Position numbers and translations under genes: made by a program
Part shown: in pieces, positions 53,661 through 63,995 of the stretch
Layout of the letters: the number at the start of each line of letters is the position of its first letter
Numbering within the stretch: the first letter of the stretch is position 1
Notes under the pieces: generated by a model
What the model saw: only the letters and a program-made list of their open reading frames with translations
Database searches by the model: none
What the model was told of the DNA's origin: nothing
Assembly (NCBI GenBank): GCA_963744115.1
Contig: CAVUSI010000002.1
Coordinates: 389,380 to 453,379 of the forward strand
Reading direction: 5' to 3'
Length of the DNA: 64,000 nucleotides
Source: an uncultured Chloroflexia bacterium
GTDB lineage: Bacteria; Chloroflexota; Limnocylindria; Limnocylindrales; CSP1-4

Positions 53661-54818
53661 TCAGTTGACGACGATACCGAACGGCGCGACACCGCCGGGG
53701 ATCGACACCGGTGACGACGGGAGCTCCGCCAGGTTCCCACCGCTGACCGCGAAGATGCTGATCGCAGCCGCTCCGGCGTCCACGACATAGAGGAACCGTC
53801 CGGCGGGATCGAGGCGGGCATCGAACGGGCGGAGACCGGTTGGATCGTTGAAGGGCGTGCTCCCGAGGAGCGTGAGGGTGCCACTCCGTGCGATCCGGTA
53901 GCTCGAGATCGAGCTGCTCGCCGTGTTGATCGCGAAGAGGTAGCGTCCGTCGTGGCTGATTTCGACCCAGCACGGAGCTGTCTGGCCGTCTGCGAACGGA
54001 GACGCACCGATCGGAGTGAGGGTCGCATGAGGCCCGACGTGGTACGCGGACACGCTGCCGAGGAGCGCGCCATCATGGGCGTTCGACACGAACAGCTGGC
54101 GCGGGTTGGTCGGTCGGAACGCGCTCCCGAACGGACCGATCCGCTGCGCCGGGAACGGTGAGCCCGGAGCCGCCGTCAGGCGACCGTCCTCGCGGACCCG
54201 GAAGCTGTCGATGTAGGACGGGCCCGAGTTCGGGCCGACCCGGGTGGCGGCCAGGGTCCGACCGTCGCCGCTGAACAGGATCTGGCCGGGCAGCGCATCG
54301 TCCGGCAAGGCGACAGTGCTGTGGCTGACCGGCCGCAGGTGCCCGCGGTGGTCCAGCCGGAACCCGGTGTAATCGCTGCCACCGGCTCCGGCATTGGCGA
54401 CGTAGATGAGGCTCCCGTGGACGGCGATGCTGAGCGGCGTCGTGCCGTGAGAGCTCTCGGTATCGACGAGCCGGAGCGAGCCGTCCCCGCGGATCCTGAG
54501 GACGGACACGTCATTGCTGGCGGCGTCGACGGCGAGCAGGTACCTCCCGTTGGACGACGACTGGATCGCGCCGGCCGAGCCCGTCGGAGTTCCTGTCCCG
54601 GCCCCCCCGGTCAGGAACGGGGAGCCGGCCAGGGGCGTGAGCGTACCGTCGCGGTGGCGCGCGAAACCGGCGACGGAGTTGTGGATCGCGGAGTTGTTGT
54701 TGACGTAGACGTGGCCGACGATCCGGTCCGGGGACGCAGCCGAGACGGAGACTGCCGAGGCGCCGAGCACCGCGATCACGGTCGCACTGAGCGCCAGCGG
54801 GCGGAGGATCCGATGCAT
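53661..54818 (-). CDS. secreted beta-propeller protein (7-bladed lactonase-like fold)
   Basis: Last 385 codons of ORF 53661..55010 from ATG 54818. Signal peptide. Repeated blades (GRYLLAVD..., GRTLAAT..., GRYLFAIN..., GRFLYVVD...). Confidence 0.7.
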   Translation of the reverse strand: MHRILRPLALSATVIAVLGASAVSVSAASPDRIVGHVYVNNNSAIHNSVAGFARHRDGTLTPLAGSPFLTGGAGTGTPTGSAGAIQSSSNGRYLLAVDAASNDVSVLRIRGDGSLRLVDTESSHGTTPLSIAVHGSLIYVANAGAGGSDYTGFRLDHRGHLRPVSHSTVALPDDALPGQILFSGDGRTLAATRVGPNSGPSYIDSFRVREDGRLTAAPGSPFPAQRIGPFGSAFRPTNPRQLFVSNAHDGALLGSVSAYHVGPHATLTPIGASPFADGQTAPCWVEISHDGRYLFAINTASSSISSYRIARSGTLTLLGSTPFNDPTGLRPFDARLDPAGRFLYVVDAGAAAISIFAVSGGNLAELPSSPVSIPGGVAPFGIVVN

Positions 54819-55170
54819 GTTGCGCGATCTCCTTGGTCCTGAGGGATGGTGGTCGGGTGGCCACCCAGGCCGATCGTGCGGCCGTTTCGTGACGTCATCG
54901 TGACGGGCCACCCGGCGGTCGCCGGACGGCGGAGTGAGCGGACGACCGCCGCCGGTGACGCCGCTGTCGCTCGGCCGAGACGGCCTGTGCGAACGGGCCG
55001 AGCAGGCCAAAGCCTGTGGCGACCGTGCCGATCGGTAACGTCGCGAGCGGCAGGTGGAATGGGCGGGGATCGACTCGACGACTCGACGGCTGATGGGTCA
55101 GTCTGGGAATCGACACTCGCGGGCGCGAGTCACGCTTGCCGCCTGCTCGGCGGATTCCGAACCTGAGAGC

Positions 55171-55246
55171 GTGGGGTGGCCTATGGGGCTCGAACCCATA
55201 ACCTTCGGAGCCACAATCCGATGCTCTGCCATTGAGCTAAGGCCAC
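55171..55246 (-). tRNA. tRNA-His: tRNA-His (anticodon GTG) with encoded G-1 and CCA
   Basis: Folded by hand: G-1; acceptor GTGGCCT/AGGCCAC; D stem GCTC/GAGC; anticodon stem TCGGA/TCCGA with loop TTGTGGC; T stem ATGGG/CCCAT with loop TTCGAGC; discriminator C; CCA. Confidence 0.9.
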
Positions 55247-55369
55247 CGCGGGGCGTCGTTCGCCATCGGGTCGCGGCGCCGTGGGTCGCGCCGCTCGGCG
55301 AGCGAGCCACGGGAGTATAGCGGCTCGGCGCGGTGGGCCGGCCGGACCGCGCAGGGCGCGCCCGGGACC

Positions 55370-56357
55370 CTAGATCGACTCGCCCGTGCCCTGCTGGCGG
55401 CGTCGTTCGGGGGTGGGGCAGGCCAGGACGTGGCGCATGACCTCGCTCAGCTTGGCGGTCGCCAGGCCGATGCTCGTGTCGGCGGCCCCGTAGTAGAGCA
55501 GGATCTCGTCGCGCTCGGCGTCGACGACCCAGCCGCAGGGGAAGATGACCTTGTCGACGTCGCCCTCGCGCTCATAGCGCTCGACCGGGCCGAACGTCCA
55601 CTCGTCGCAGCGGCGCAGGATGACCGTCGGGTCCTCGAGGTCGAGCAAGGCGAACCCGGCCCGGTAGATCGGGCCGTCGCCGGTGTTGTGGACGCCGTGG
55701 TACATCGTCAGCCAGCCGTGCTCGGTCTCGACCGGCGGCGGGCCGAGGCCGATCTTGCCGGCGTCCCACCAGGCGCCGTCGCGCGCCTCGATCAGCAGGC
55801 TGTGGTCGCCCCAGTGGCGCAGGTCGGGCGAGTAGGAGATCCACATGTGGGCGTTGCCGCGGAGCGGCGACGGCCGGTGGATCATCGCCCAGCGACCGTC
55901 GATGCGGATGGGGAACAGGGCCGCGTCCTTGTCCTCGGGCGGCATGACCGCGCCGAGCCGTCGGACGGTCCGGAAGTCCTTCGTGGTCGCCAGCGACACG
56001 AGCGGCCCGCGCCGGCTGTAGGCCGTGTAGGCGATCGCCCACTCCTCGCGCTCGGGGAGCCACGTGAGGCGCGGATCCTCGCACCCCCAGATCTCCTCGG
56101 GGTGGTGGTCGGGGTCGGGGCGGAGCAGCGGCTCGTCATCCCACCGCCAGTCGCCGACGCCGTCGAGACTGCGCGCGACGTGGAGCTGGGAGATCCCGCG
56201 GCGATCCTCGACCCGGGCGAGGACGAGGACCTCGTTCGCCGACCCGTGCCGCGCCCGGGTTGAACACGGTGTTGGCGAGGTACGGCAGGTGCGCCGCCGT
56301 CAGGATCGGATTGTCGGCCGCTCGCTGGAACAGGTCCGGACCGTCCGCGGCGGTCAC
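55370..56357 (-). pseudogene. GH130 family glycoside phosphorylase/hydrolase (PH1107-related), reading frame broken at ~56237
   Basis: The N-terminus VTAADGPDLFQRAADNPILTAAHLPYLANTVFNPGAARVG lies in the frame of ORF 56136..57500 (GTG 56357). The rest, NEVLVLARVEDRRGISQLHVARS...WGCEDPRLTW...YYGAADTSIG, lies in the frame of ORF 55370..55999. One leftover base at 56237. Confidence 0.75.
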
Positions 56358-57500
56358 GTGAGGGCGGCCTCGTGGGCGCCCCGCCGGCGGGGCCGACCGA
56401 CCCGTCGAAGAAGGCACGACTCCTGACCGCCCGCGTCGGGCGACGCGGATCCGCTCGAGCGCGATGAGCCACATCAGCGTCGATTCGGCGCCCTGGTTGA
56501 GGTTGACGCCGGACGGGGTCAGGCCGTCGTGGCCGCCGCCGGTCGCGGGCAGCGCGACGGCACGTCCACCGTCGTTCCGGCCGAGGAACCAGCCGTAGGC
56601 CCATTCCATCGTGGCGAGGTGGCGCCGCTGGCCGGTCGCCGCGAAGGCCGCCTCGGCCGCGAGCAGGAGCGCCGTCGCCTCGATCGGCTGCTGGTCGAAC
56701 CGGGCGCGAGGCCCGCCGTACGGCCACCAGCCATCGCTCCCGATCGGCGAGAAGTGGCCTTCGGGAGCCGTCTGGACCGCGACGAGCCAGTCGAGCAGGT
56801 GCAGACCTCGCTCGACCATCGCGCCGTCCCCGAGTCGATCCCCGGCGACGATCAGCGCTCGCGGGACGAGCCCGTTCTCGTAGGCCAGGACAGGCTCCGG
56901 CCACGGCCACTCGGCCGACGGCACGCGGCGGAGCGGCTCGGTCAGCAGCCGGAGGGCCGCGGCCAGCCGCGGCAGGGCCGGAACCGCGTCGCGGCTACCC
57001 CCGCGGATCGCCGCATCAGTCGCCACGATCGCGGCGGCCAGCGGCCGCAGGTAGGTCAGGCGCAGGGTCGCCGGAAGGGCCTGCTCGAACAGCGACGCGG
57101 CCGCTGCGCACACCCGCGCGTCGCCGGCGCTCGCGGAGGCTTCACCGAGCGCGAGCACGGCCCGCGCGTGGGCGTCCTCGGAACCGACGTCCTCGAGCCA
57201 CTGGCCCTCGACGTCGCGGAAGTTGCGGAACCGGCCGCTCGCTGGATCGAACGCCGCGCCGAGGAACGCCATCGAGACCTCGGCGGTCGCCGCCACCTCG
57301 GCCCAGCCGAGCTCCGCCCCGTGGAGCAGATCGACGATCAAGGCCCGGGCGACATCGTCGGTGCAGTAGCCGTGGGCGGGATCGGGCCGCTCGCCGATGG
57401 CGTGCTGCATGATCCCGACGGCGTCCGTCAGCTCGTCCAGGTGGACGCGGCTGATCGGATGGAGACGAGCCGGCTCCGCCTTCGGCGTGAGCTCAGACAT
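56354..57500 (-). CDS. (alpha/alpha)6-barrel glycoside-hydrolase-like protein of unknown function; 3' end frame problem
   Basis: First ~355 codons of ORF 56136..57500. GYCTDDVARALIVDL, AYENGLVPRALI, FDQQPIEATALLL, NLNQGAESTLMWLIALE. A TGA at 56356..56354 in the neighbouring frame forms GTGA with the GH130 start. Confidence 0.55.
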
Positions 57501-58728
57501 CGGCGTGGGCGACCCGTCCTGCCAGGCTGGAGCGTCCGTCGAGCCCGAGACGCAGGTCGTGCGACCCGCGCGACTCGATGGCCACCTGGGCCTCTCGTGT
57601 CAGCAGCGTCGGCATCCCGACGACCCGCGCGAACAGCCGGCGATACATCGCGCCGACCTCCGGCCAGATCATCCCGCGGCTGTAGGCGTAGGCCTCGGCC
57701 CCGATCGCGTGCCGCCGGGCTGGATCGTCGAGCAGGCTGTTGAACGCCTCGCTGATCGAGGCGGCCGAACCCGGCTTGACCAGGACGCCCCGGCCTTCGG
57801 CGAGGAGCTCGGACGCGTAGGCGTACGGGGTCGACACGATCGCCTTGCCGGCGCTCATGGCGTACGACATCGTGCCGGACACGATCTGGTCGAGATTCGG
57901 ATACGGGGTGACGAACAGGTCCGCCGCCTCGAGCCAGCGAGCGAGCTCGCGCCGGCCGACGAACTGGTCGATGAGCTGGATGTGGCCGGTCATGCCCAGG
58001 TCGGCGATCCGAGCCTTCAGGCTCGTGCGGTACGCCTCGCCCTCGGTCCGGAGGAGATCCGGGTGGGTCGCCCCGAGGATGATGTAATGGACGTTCGGGT
58101 GGGCAGCCACGACGGCCGGCATCGCCGCGATCGCGAGCTCGTAGCCCTTGCCCGGTCCGAGCAAGCCGAAGCTGAGGATGATCTGGCGGCCGTCGAGGCC
58201 GAGGCCGGCCTTGAGCGTGTCCGGCTCGACGAAGGGCAGCTCGGGGACGCCGTGCGGGATGACGTCGACCCGCGACGGTTCGATGCCGTACGCCTCGGTC
58301 AGCAGCGAAGCCGCGGCGCGCGACATGACCACGGTGCCCATGGTCGCGTCGACCAGCTCGACGAGGACCCGGCGCTGGTGCGGGGTCGGGTCGCGCAGGA
58401 CCGTGTGGAGCGTCGCGATCGCCGGAGCCCGAAGGGCCTTGACGAAGTCGATCACGTGCTCGCCGTCGTCGCCGCCCCAGATGCCGTACTCGTGCTGGAT
58501 GGACACTGCGTCGATCCGGCACCGGTCGAGGGCGCGGGCGACACGCGGATAGTCGGTCCACTCGTCGCGACGGATCCGGTGATGGACCTCGGACGGGTAG
58601 GGCTCGGCATGGTCGGGCGGGGTGAGGGCGACGATCTCCCGACTGTCGACGGCTCGCGACAGGTCGCTGGTGAAGGTGGCGATGCCACAGCGGCGTGGGG
58701 GATAGGTGGAAGCGAACGCGATTCGGAT
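57493..58728 (-). CDS. GT4 family glycosyltransferase; no canonical start codon at the expected position
   Basis: Last ~412 codons of ORF 57493..59709. LIRIAFASTYPPRRCGIATFT...ILSFGLLGPGKGYE...PYPNLDQIVSGTMSYAMSAGKAIVSTP. AGGAG lies 7 nt before an ATC codon (58728). Confidence 0.75.
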   Translation of the reverse strand: MRIAFASTYPPRRCGIATFTSDLSRAVDSREIVALTPPDHAEPYPSEVHHRIRRDEWTDYPRVARALDRCRIDAVSIQHEYGIWGGDDGEHVIDFVKALRAPAIATLHTVLRDPTPHQRRVLVELVDATMGTVVMSRAAASLLTEAYGIEPSRVDVIPHGVPELPFVEPDTLKAGLGLDGRQIILSFGLLGPGKGYELAIAAMPAVVAAHPNVHYIILGATHPDLLRTEGEAYRTSLKARIADLGMTGHIQLIDQFVGRRELARWLEAADLFVTPYPNLDQIVSGTMSYAMSAGKAIVSTPYAYASELLAEGRGVLVKPGSAASISEAFNSLLDDPARRHAIGAEAYAYSRGMIWPEVGAMYRRLFARVVGMPTLLTREAQVAIESRGSHDLRLGLDGRSSLAGRVAHADV

Positions 58729-59049
58729 GAGATAGCTCCTGTCGGGCGCTCCACGACACCATTCGAGGCGTCGTGGTCCCGGCTCTGGCGGTGACACCGG
58801 CCGGCGGTCCGAGGGTCCGGCGAAGGACCCGTTCCGGGGGACCGCCACCGGGCGCCAGGGTCCGTCGCGCCCGTTCGGCGCGGCGCATCGATCCGACGCG
58901 GTGACGCTTCTCACGGTGCGCCCCATGACCCCTCCTGTCAAACGACGGGGCCGGCCCGCGGGCCGCGCCGGGTCCGGGGTCGGCGCTGGTACCGGGGTCC
59001 CCCCGTCGGCGGGACCATCGCGCGGGCTGACCGGACCGGAGCGGACGAC

Positions 59050-59055
59050 TACGGT
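59050..59055 (+). promoter_or_regulatory. -10-like TACGGT 6 nt before ATG 59062 (leaderless-type)
   Basis: TACGGT-gcggtc-ATG. Confidence 0.35.
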
Positions 59056-59061
59056 GCGGTC

Positions 59062-59988
59062 ATGTCGGATCGACCCGTTCCGGCGGACGCGGCGCGCCCC
59101 AGCCCTGCCCGGCCGGACGCCCGTCCCGACGTCCGTCCCTACGCCAAGCGCCGCCTCAGCCTGCTCGTCGCCGTCGCCCTGTTCGCGAGCTCGGTCGGGC
59201 TCCTGGCGACCCCGGCGGTCACCTTCGGCTGGAGCGCCAACGCCTTCAACTCCGCCTCGGAGCAGCAGCTGCTGGCCCTGACCAACCAGGCCCGGGCGAG
59301 CGCCGGCCGCCCGACCCTTCGCTGGGACTCCGCGCTCGCCTCGATCGCCCGCTGGCGGAGCAAGGACATGATCCAGCGCGACTACTTCAGCCACGACATC
59401 CCGGGCGGGGGCAACGTCTTCGACGAGATGAGCTCGCGGGGCTACTGCTACAACCTGGCCGGCGAGAACATCGGCTGGAACACGTACCCGGACGACGCCG
59501 CAACGGCCCAGATCCAGCAGATGTTCATGGGCTCGTCGGGCCACCGGGCGAACATCCTGGGCAAGGCCTGGGACCACATCGGGATCGGGGCCTACAAGGG
59601 CGCCGACGGCAAGAAGATGTGGACCGTGCTGTTCGCCGACCGCTGTGGCAGCTCGTCGGGTGGCACGTCGAACCCGAAGCCGAAGCCGAAGCCGAAGCCC
59701 ATCGCCCAACCGAAACCGCAGGCGACGGCCAAGCCCAAGCCGAAGCCGAAGGCCACGGCGCGACCGACCGCCGAGCCGACGGCGACCCCCACCCCCGCCG
59801 CCGAGCCGACCGAGATCCTCGCGCCGCGCGAGACGGCGATCGCGAGCGACCCGACCGCGGTCCCGGGCGGCGGCTCCGGAGCCCCGGTGACCGGGACCGG
59901 CCTCGGCCTTCGGGTGGTGGACCGACCGCCGCCGGGCGGCTTGCTCGAGTCGATCTTCGGCGGGCTCACCGGGATGTTCGGCGGCTGA
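59062..59988 (+). CDS. membrane-anchored/secreted CAP (SCP/PR-1-like) domain protein with Pro-Lys-rich tail
   Basis: ORF 59062..59988. TM/signal LLVAVALFASSVGLLA. CAP motifs MIQRDYFSH, GENIGWN, GHRANIL. Then NPKPKPKPKPIAQPKP...KPKPKPKA. Confidence 0.8.
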   Translation: MSDRPVPADAARPSPARPDARPDVRPYAKRRLSLLVAVALFASSVGLLATPAVTFGWSANAFNSASEQQLLALTNQARASAGRPTLRWDSALASIARWRSKDMIQRDYFSHDIPGGGNVFDEMSSRGYCYNLAGENIGWNTYPDDAATAQIQQMFMGSSGHRANILGKAWDHIGIGAYKGADGKKMWTVLFADRCGSSSGGTSNPKPKPKPKPIAQPKPQATAKPKPKPKATARPTAEPTATPTPAAEPTEILAPRETAIASDPTAVPGGGSGAPVTGTGLGLRVVDRPPPGGLLESIFGGLTGMFGG

Positions 59989-60740
59989 TGGCAGCCATCC
60001 TCGAGGCGCGCGAGCTGACCAAGGCGTACCGGCTGGGCGAGACCACCGTCGAGGCGCTGCGGGGCGTGTCGCTGACCCTCCAGCCCGGCGAGTTCGTGGC
60101 CCTGATGGGCCCGTCGGGGTCGGGCAAGAGCACGCTCCTCCAGCTGCTCGGCGGGCTTGATCGGCCCACCTCCGGGGACGTCGTCCTCGACGGCGACCCG
60201 GTCAGCGAGATGTCCGACGACACGGCGACCCGGCTGCGCCGGCGCAAGACCGGCTTCGTCTTCCAGTTCTTCAACCTCATCCCGCTCCTCGACGTCGCCG
60301 AGAACGTCGGGCTGCCGTTCACGATCGCCGGCGAGGACCCGCGCAAGGGCGCCGCCGCCGAGCGGATCCGCGACGCGATCGCGCTGGTCGACCTGACGGG
60401 CAAGGAGCGGCACCGGCCGGATCAGCTGTCGGCGGGGGAGCAGCAGCGGGTGGCGATCGCCCGGGCCCTGGTGACCCGTCCGGCGCTCCTGCTGGCTGAC
60501 GAACCGACCGGCAACCTCGACTTCACGACCAGCACCGAGATCCTCGAGGCGCTCTTCCGGTCGTGCGTCGAGCGCGGCCAGACCATCGTCCTGGTCACCC
60601 ACGACGCCAAGGCGGCCGCGTACGCCGACCGGGTCTTCTTCGTCCAGGACGGACGCCTTCGCGACGAGATCCAGCTCGGCCGGCGGACCGACCACTCGGC
60701 GACCCCGCTCATCGCCCGGCTCGCCCAGCTCGGACTCTGA
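59988..60740 (+). CDS. ABC transporter ATP-binding protein (MacB/LolD type)
   Basis: Last 250 codons of ORF 59619..60740 from ATG 59988 (TGATG overlap). GPSGSGKST, LSAGEQQRVAIARAL, LLADEPTGNLD. Confidence 0.9.
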   Translation: MAAILEARELTKAYRLGETTVEALRGVSLTLQPGEFVALMGPSGSGKSTLLQLLGGLDRPTSGDVVLDGDPVSEMSDDTATRLRRRKTGFVFQFFNLIPLLDVAENVGLPFTIAGEDPRKGAAAERIRDAIALVDLTGKERHRPDQLSAGEQQRVAIARALVTRPALLLADEPTGNLDFTTSTEILEALFRSCVERGQTIVLVTHDAKAAAYADRVFFVQDGRLRDEIQLGRRTDHSATPLIARLAQLGL

Positions 60741-60743
60741 CCC

Positions 60744-63273
60744 GTGGGCGGCCTGTCTTCGTACGCCTGGCGGAGCCTCGCCGCCCGACCGCTCCGGACG
60801 CTGTTGACGGTCGTCGGCGTCGCGCTGGGCGTGGCCGTCCTGTTCGCAGCGCTGGTCACGAACGCGGGCATCGACAGCGCGATCGACCGCAGCGTCCGCG
60901 ACCTGATCGGCCGGGCGGACCTGCGGGTGGAGGGCTTCACCGAAGGCGGGCTATCGCCGGCGACCGTCGAGGCGATCGGCGACACGCCTGGGGTCGACGC
61001 GATCACCCCGACCCTCGAGCGCCGGACGTACCTCGCACCGGACCCGGCCGCGCCCCCGACCGGGACCCTCCCGGCACCGGTCCGCGTTCTGGGGATCGAC
61101 GGCGCCAGTTATGCGGCGATCCACGACCTGGACCTGGCGGCCGGTCAGCCGCTGGTCGGATCCGACGGGATGGGCGCGCTCATCACCGAGCGGATGGCGC
61201 ACGACACCGGGCTTCGGATCGGTGACACGATCGCGCTCGAGGGGGCGGATGGCCCGAAGTCGGAGCCGATCGCCGGGATCGTGCGTGGCGAGGGCCCACC
61301 GGGCACGACCGACGGCCGGACGGTGATCATCGTCCTGCACGAGGCGCAGGACCTGTTCGGGACCACGGGCGTCTCGCGGGTCGACGTCAAGCTGGGCGCC
61401 GGCGCCACGGTCGACGCGGTGACGGTGGACCTCGAGAGCCGGCTCACCTCCGAGCCGTACGTGGTGTCGGGCCCCGCCGAGCTGGCCGCCTCGATCCGTG
61501 CCTCGACCGTCGACTTCCAGGCGACGACCGCCCTGATCGCCGCGCTGGCGCTGTTCGGCGGCGCCTTCCTCATCTTCAATACGCTGTCGATGACCGTGGC
61601 GGAGCGGGCTCGCGAGGTCGGTCTGCTCCGGGCCGCGGGCGCGACCAGACGCCAGGTCAACGGCCTGATCTTCACCCAGGCGCTGGTCATCGGGCTGTCC
61701 GGAGCGGTGCTCGGGGTCGTCCTCGGCTTCGGGCTCGCCGCGTTCGTCGCCTGGTATCTCCAGGCCGCCCGGGTCGTGCCGATCGACAGCCCCGTGGTCA
61801 CGGGCAGCGCGATCGTCGTGGCGCTGGCCGTCGGGACACTGGTGACGCTGGCCGCCGCCGTCGAGCCCGCCGATCCGGGCCGGCCGGATCCCGCCGATCG
61901 AGGCGCTCCGGCCGACCGGTGCCGGACGGACGGTCCGGGCCCGGCTGCGCTGGCTGGTCGTCGTCTTCCTCGTCGTCGCCGTCGCCGGCGTCGCGCTGTG
62001 GCCGTCCGGTGCCGGCGCGTCGGGCGTCGTCCGCTGGCTGGCGGTCTACGGCATCCTGCTGATCGCGACGCTGCTGACGCCGTTCCTTCTCGGGCCGCTC
62101 GGATCCGCGGCGGCCATCCCGTTCCGGCTCGTGGCCCCGACCGCCGTCCGGCTCACCCGCGGCGCGCTCATCCGCGATCGCAGCCGGACGACCCTGACCG
62201 TCGGGGCCCTGACCGTCGGCCTGGCGATGATCGTCGCTCTCGGCGGCGTGGCCCAGGACGCGCGACGAGCGGCCACCGCCTGGATCGCCGGGGTCGTTCC
62301 CGGTGATGTCATCGCCACGTCGATCCGGCCGATCGCCAGCGACGAGCCCGTCCGGGCCGACCTCGCGGCGTCGCCCGGTGTCGCCCGCGTCAGCCCGCTG
62401 GCGACGTTCGAAGCTGCCTTCCGCGGGGTCCGCCTCGACGCCGCGGCGGTGGTCGGGCAGGACCTGCTGGCCGACGGCCGACTCACCTTCCTGGCGGGCG
62501 ACCGGACCTCCGCCCTCAACGCGCTCGACGAGGGCGGGTCCGCGATCGTTCCCGACAGTCTCGCCCGCTCGATGGCCCTCCGCGTCGGTGACGAGATGAC
62601 CTTCCCGGTCGGCGACGGCAGGGAGGTCGCCCTGCGCATCGTCGGGGTCGTGGAGCGGACGATCCCGGGCCGGACCGGCGAGACCGTCCTCGTCGGCTGG
62701 CCCGATGCGTCCGCCGCGTTCGGGGTCGGCGGCGCGGACTCGTTCGCGGTCCGTTTCGATCCGTCCGCGTCCGCCGCCGACCGGGCGGCGCTCACGACCC
62801 TGGCGACGAGCTACGCGCTGGAGGCGAACCCGATCGACCGGATCGCCGGCGCGGTCGACGACACCCTGGCTCGGGTCTTCGGCCTGTTCGACGTCCTGGC
62901 CCTGGTCGTCGTCATCGTCGCCGCGCTCGGGATCGTCAACACCTTGACCATGAACGTCTACGAACGTGTCCGCGAGATCGGCGTCCTCCGTGCCGCCGGG
63001 ATGACCCGGCCGCAGGTCTGGCGGATGGTCGTCGTCGAGGCCGGGGTCCTCGGCGTCGTCGGGGCGATCCTCGGCTGCGTGACCGGGCTCGTGGTCGGCC
63101 AGGTGATGATCGGGCTGGCCGGCGGCGCCAGCCTGAGTCTGCCGTTCGAACCCGACTGGCGGACGATCCTCGCCGCGGCGGCGTTCGGGATCGTGGTGGC
63201 GATGCTCGCGGCGATCTGGCCGGCTCGGCTGGCCTCCCGGGTGTCGATCGTCCGGGCCGTCCAGTACGAGTAG
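60744..63273 (+). pseudogene. double-FtsX-domain ABC transporter permease, reading frame broken at ~61872
   Basis: ORF 60744..62306 is credible only up to ...LVTLAAAVEPA. The continuation IRAGRIPPIEALRP...(TMs, second MacB_PCD/FtsX module)...SIVRAVQYE is in the frame of ORF 62131..63273. One extra g lies in CCCGCC-g-ATC. Confidence 0.8.
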
Positions 63274-63313
63274 GCGCTCTTCGCAGGGCGGTCTGAGGGC
63301 CGTGGGGCTCTGC

Positions 63314-63319
63314 TAGACT
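63314..63319 (+). promoter_or_regulatory. -10-like TAGACT 7 nt before ATG 63327 (leaderless-type)
   Basis: TAGACT-cccggcg-ATG. Confidence 0.35.
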
Positions 63320-63326
63320 CCCGGCG

Positions 63327-63995
63327 ATGGCAACGACCGCGAGCCGCCTGAATCGCCTGCCCGCGGCCGAGCGCGGGATCACGATCGGCGACTTCCTCGT
63401 CCCGATCCGCATCGGCGAGCGGATCAGCACCCGGGCCCGCCACCTCGCCCTGATCGTGGCCGGCGCCCTCCTCATCGCGCTGTCGGCGAACGTCAGCATC
63501 CCCGTCCCCGGAACGCCGGTGCCGATCTCCGGGCAGACCTTCTCGGTCCTGCTGGTCGGCGGCGCGCTCGGCGCCCGACGCGGGATCCTGGCGTCGCTGC
63601 TGTACCTGGTCCTGGGCCTCTTCCTGCCGGTCTACGCCGAGCACAAGCAGGGCCTCGAGATCATCGGCGGGTTCAGCGACGGCCACTTCGTGTTCGGTGC
63701 GACGGGTGGCTACCTCATCGGGTTCGTCCTGGCGGCCGGCGTGGTCGGTCGGCTGGCCGAGCTCGGCTGGGACCGGCGGTTCGGCGGGGCGCTCGCCGCG
63801 ATGGCGCTCGGCAACCTCGCCATCTACGCCGTCGGCGTCCCGTGGCTGATGGCGGCGACGGGCTGGGACTTCGCCAAGGCGTTCTCGCTCGGGGTCCAGC
63901 CGTTCCTCGTCGGCGACGCGATCAAGCTGGTGCTCGCCGCCGGGCTGTTCCCGCTCGCCTGGTGGGTCGTCGGGCGCGGGACCGAGGAGCGCTAG
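63327..63995 (+). CDS. bioY: BioY family biotin transporter S-component
   Basis: ORF 63327..63995. VPISGQTFSVLLVGGALG...GGYLIGF...PFLVGDAIKLVLA. Confidence 0.85.
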   Translation: MATTASRLNRLPAAERGITIGDFLVPIRIGERISTRARHLALIVAGALLIALSANVSIPVPGTPVPISGQTFSVLLVGGALGARRGILASLLYLVLGLFLPVYAEHKQGLEIIGGFSDGHFVFGATGGYLIGFVLAAGVVGRLAELGWDRRFGGALAAMALGNLAIYAVGVPWLMAATGWDFAKAFSLGVQPFLVGDAIKLVLAAGLFPLAWWVVGRGTEER

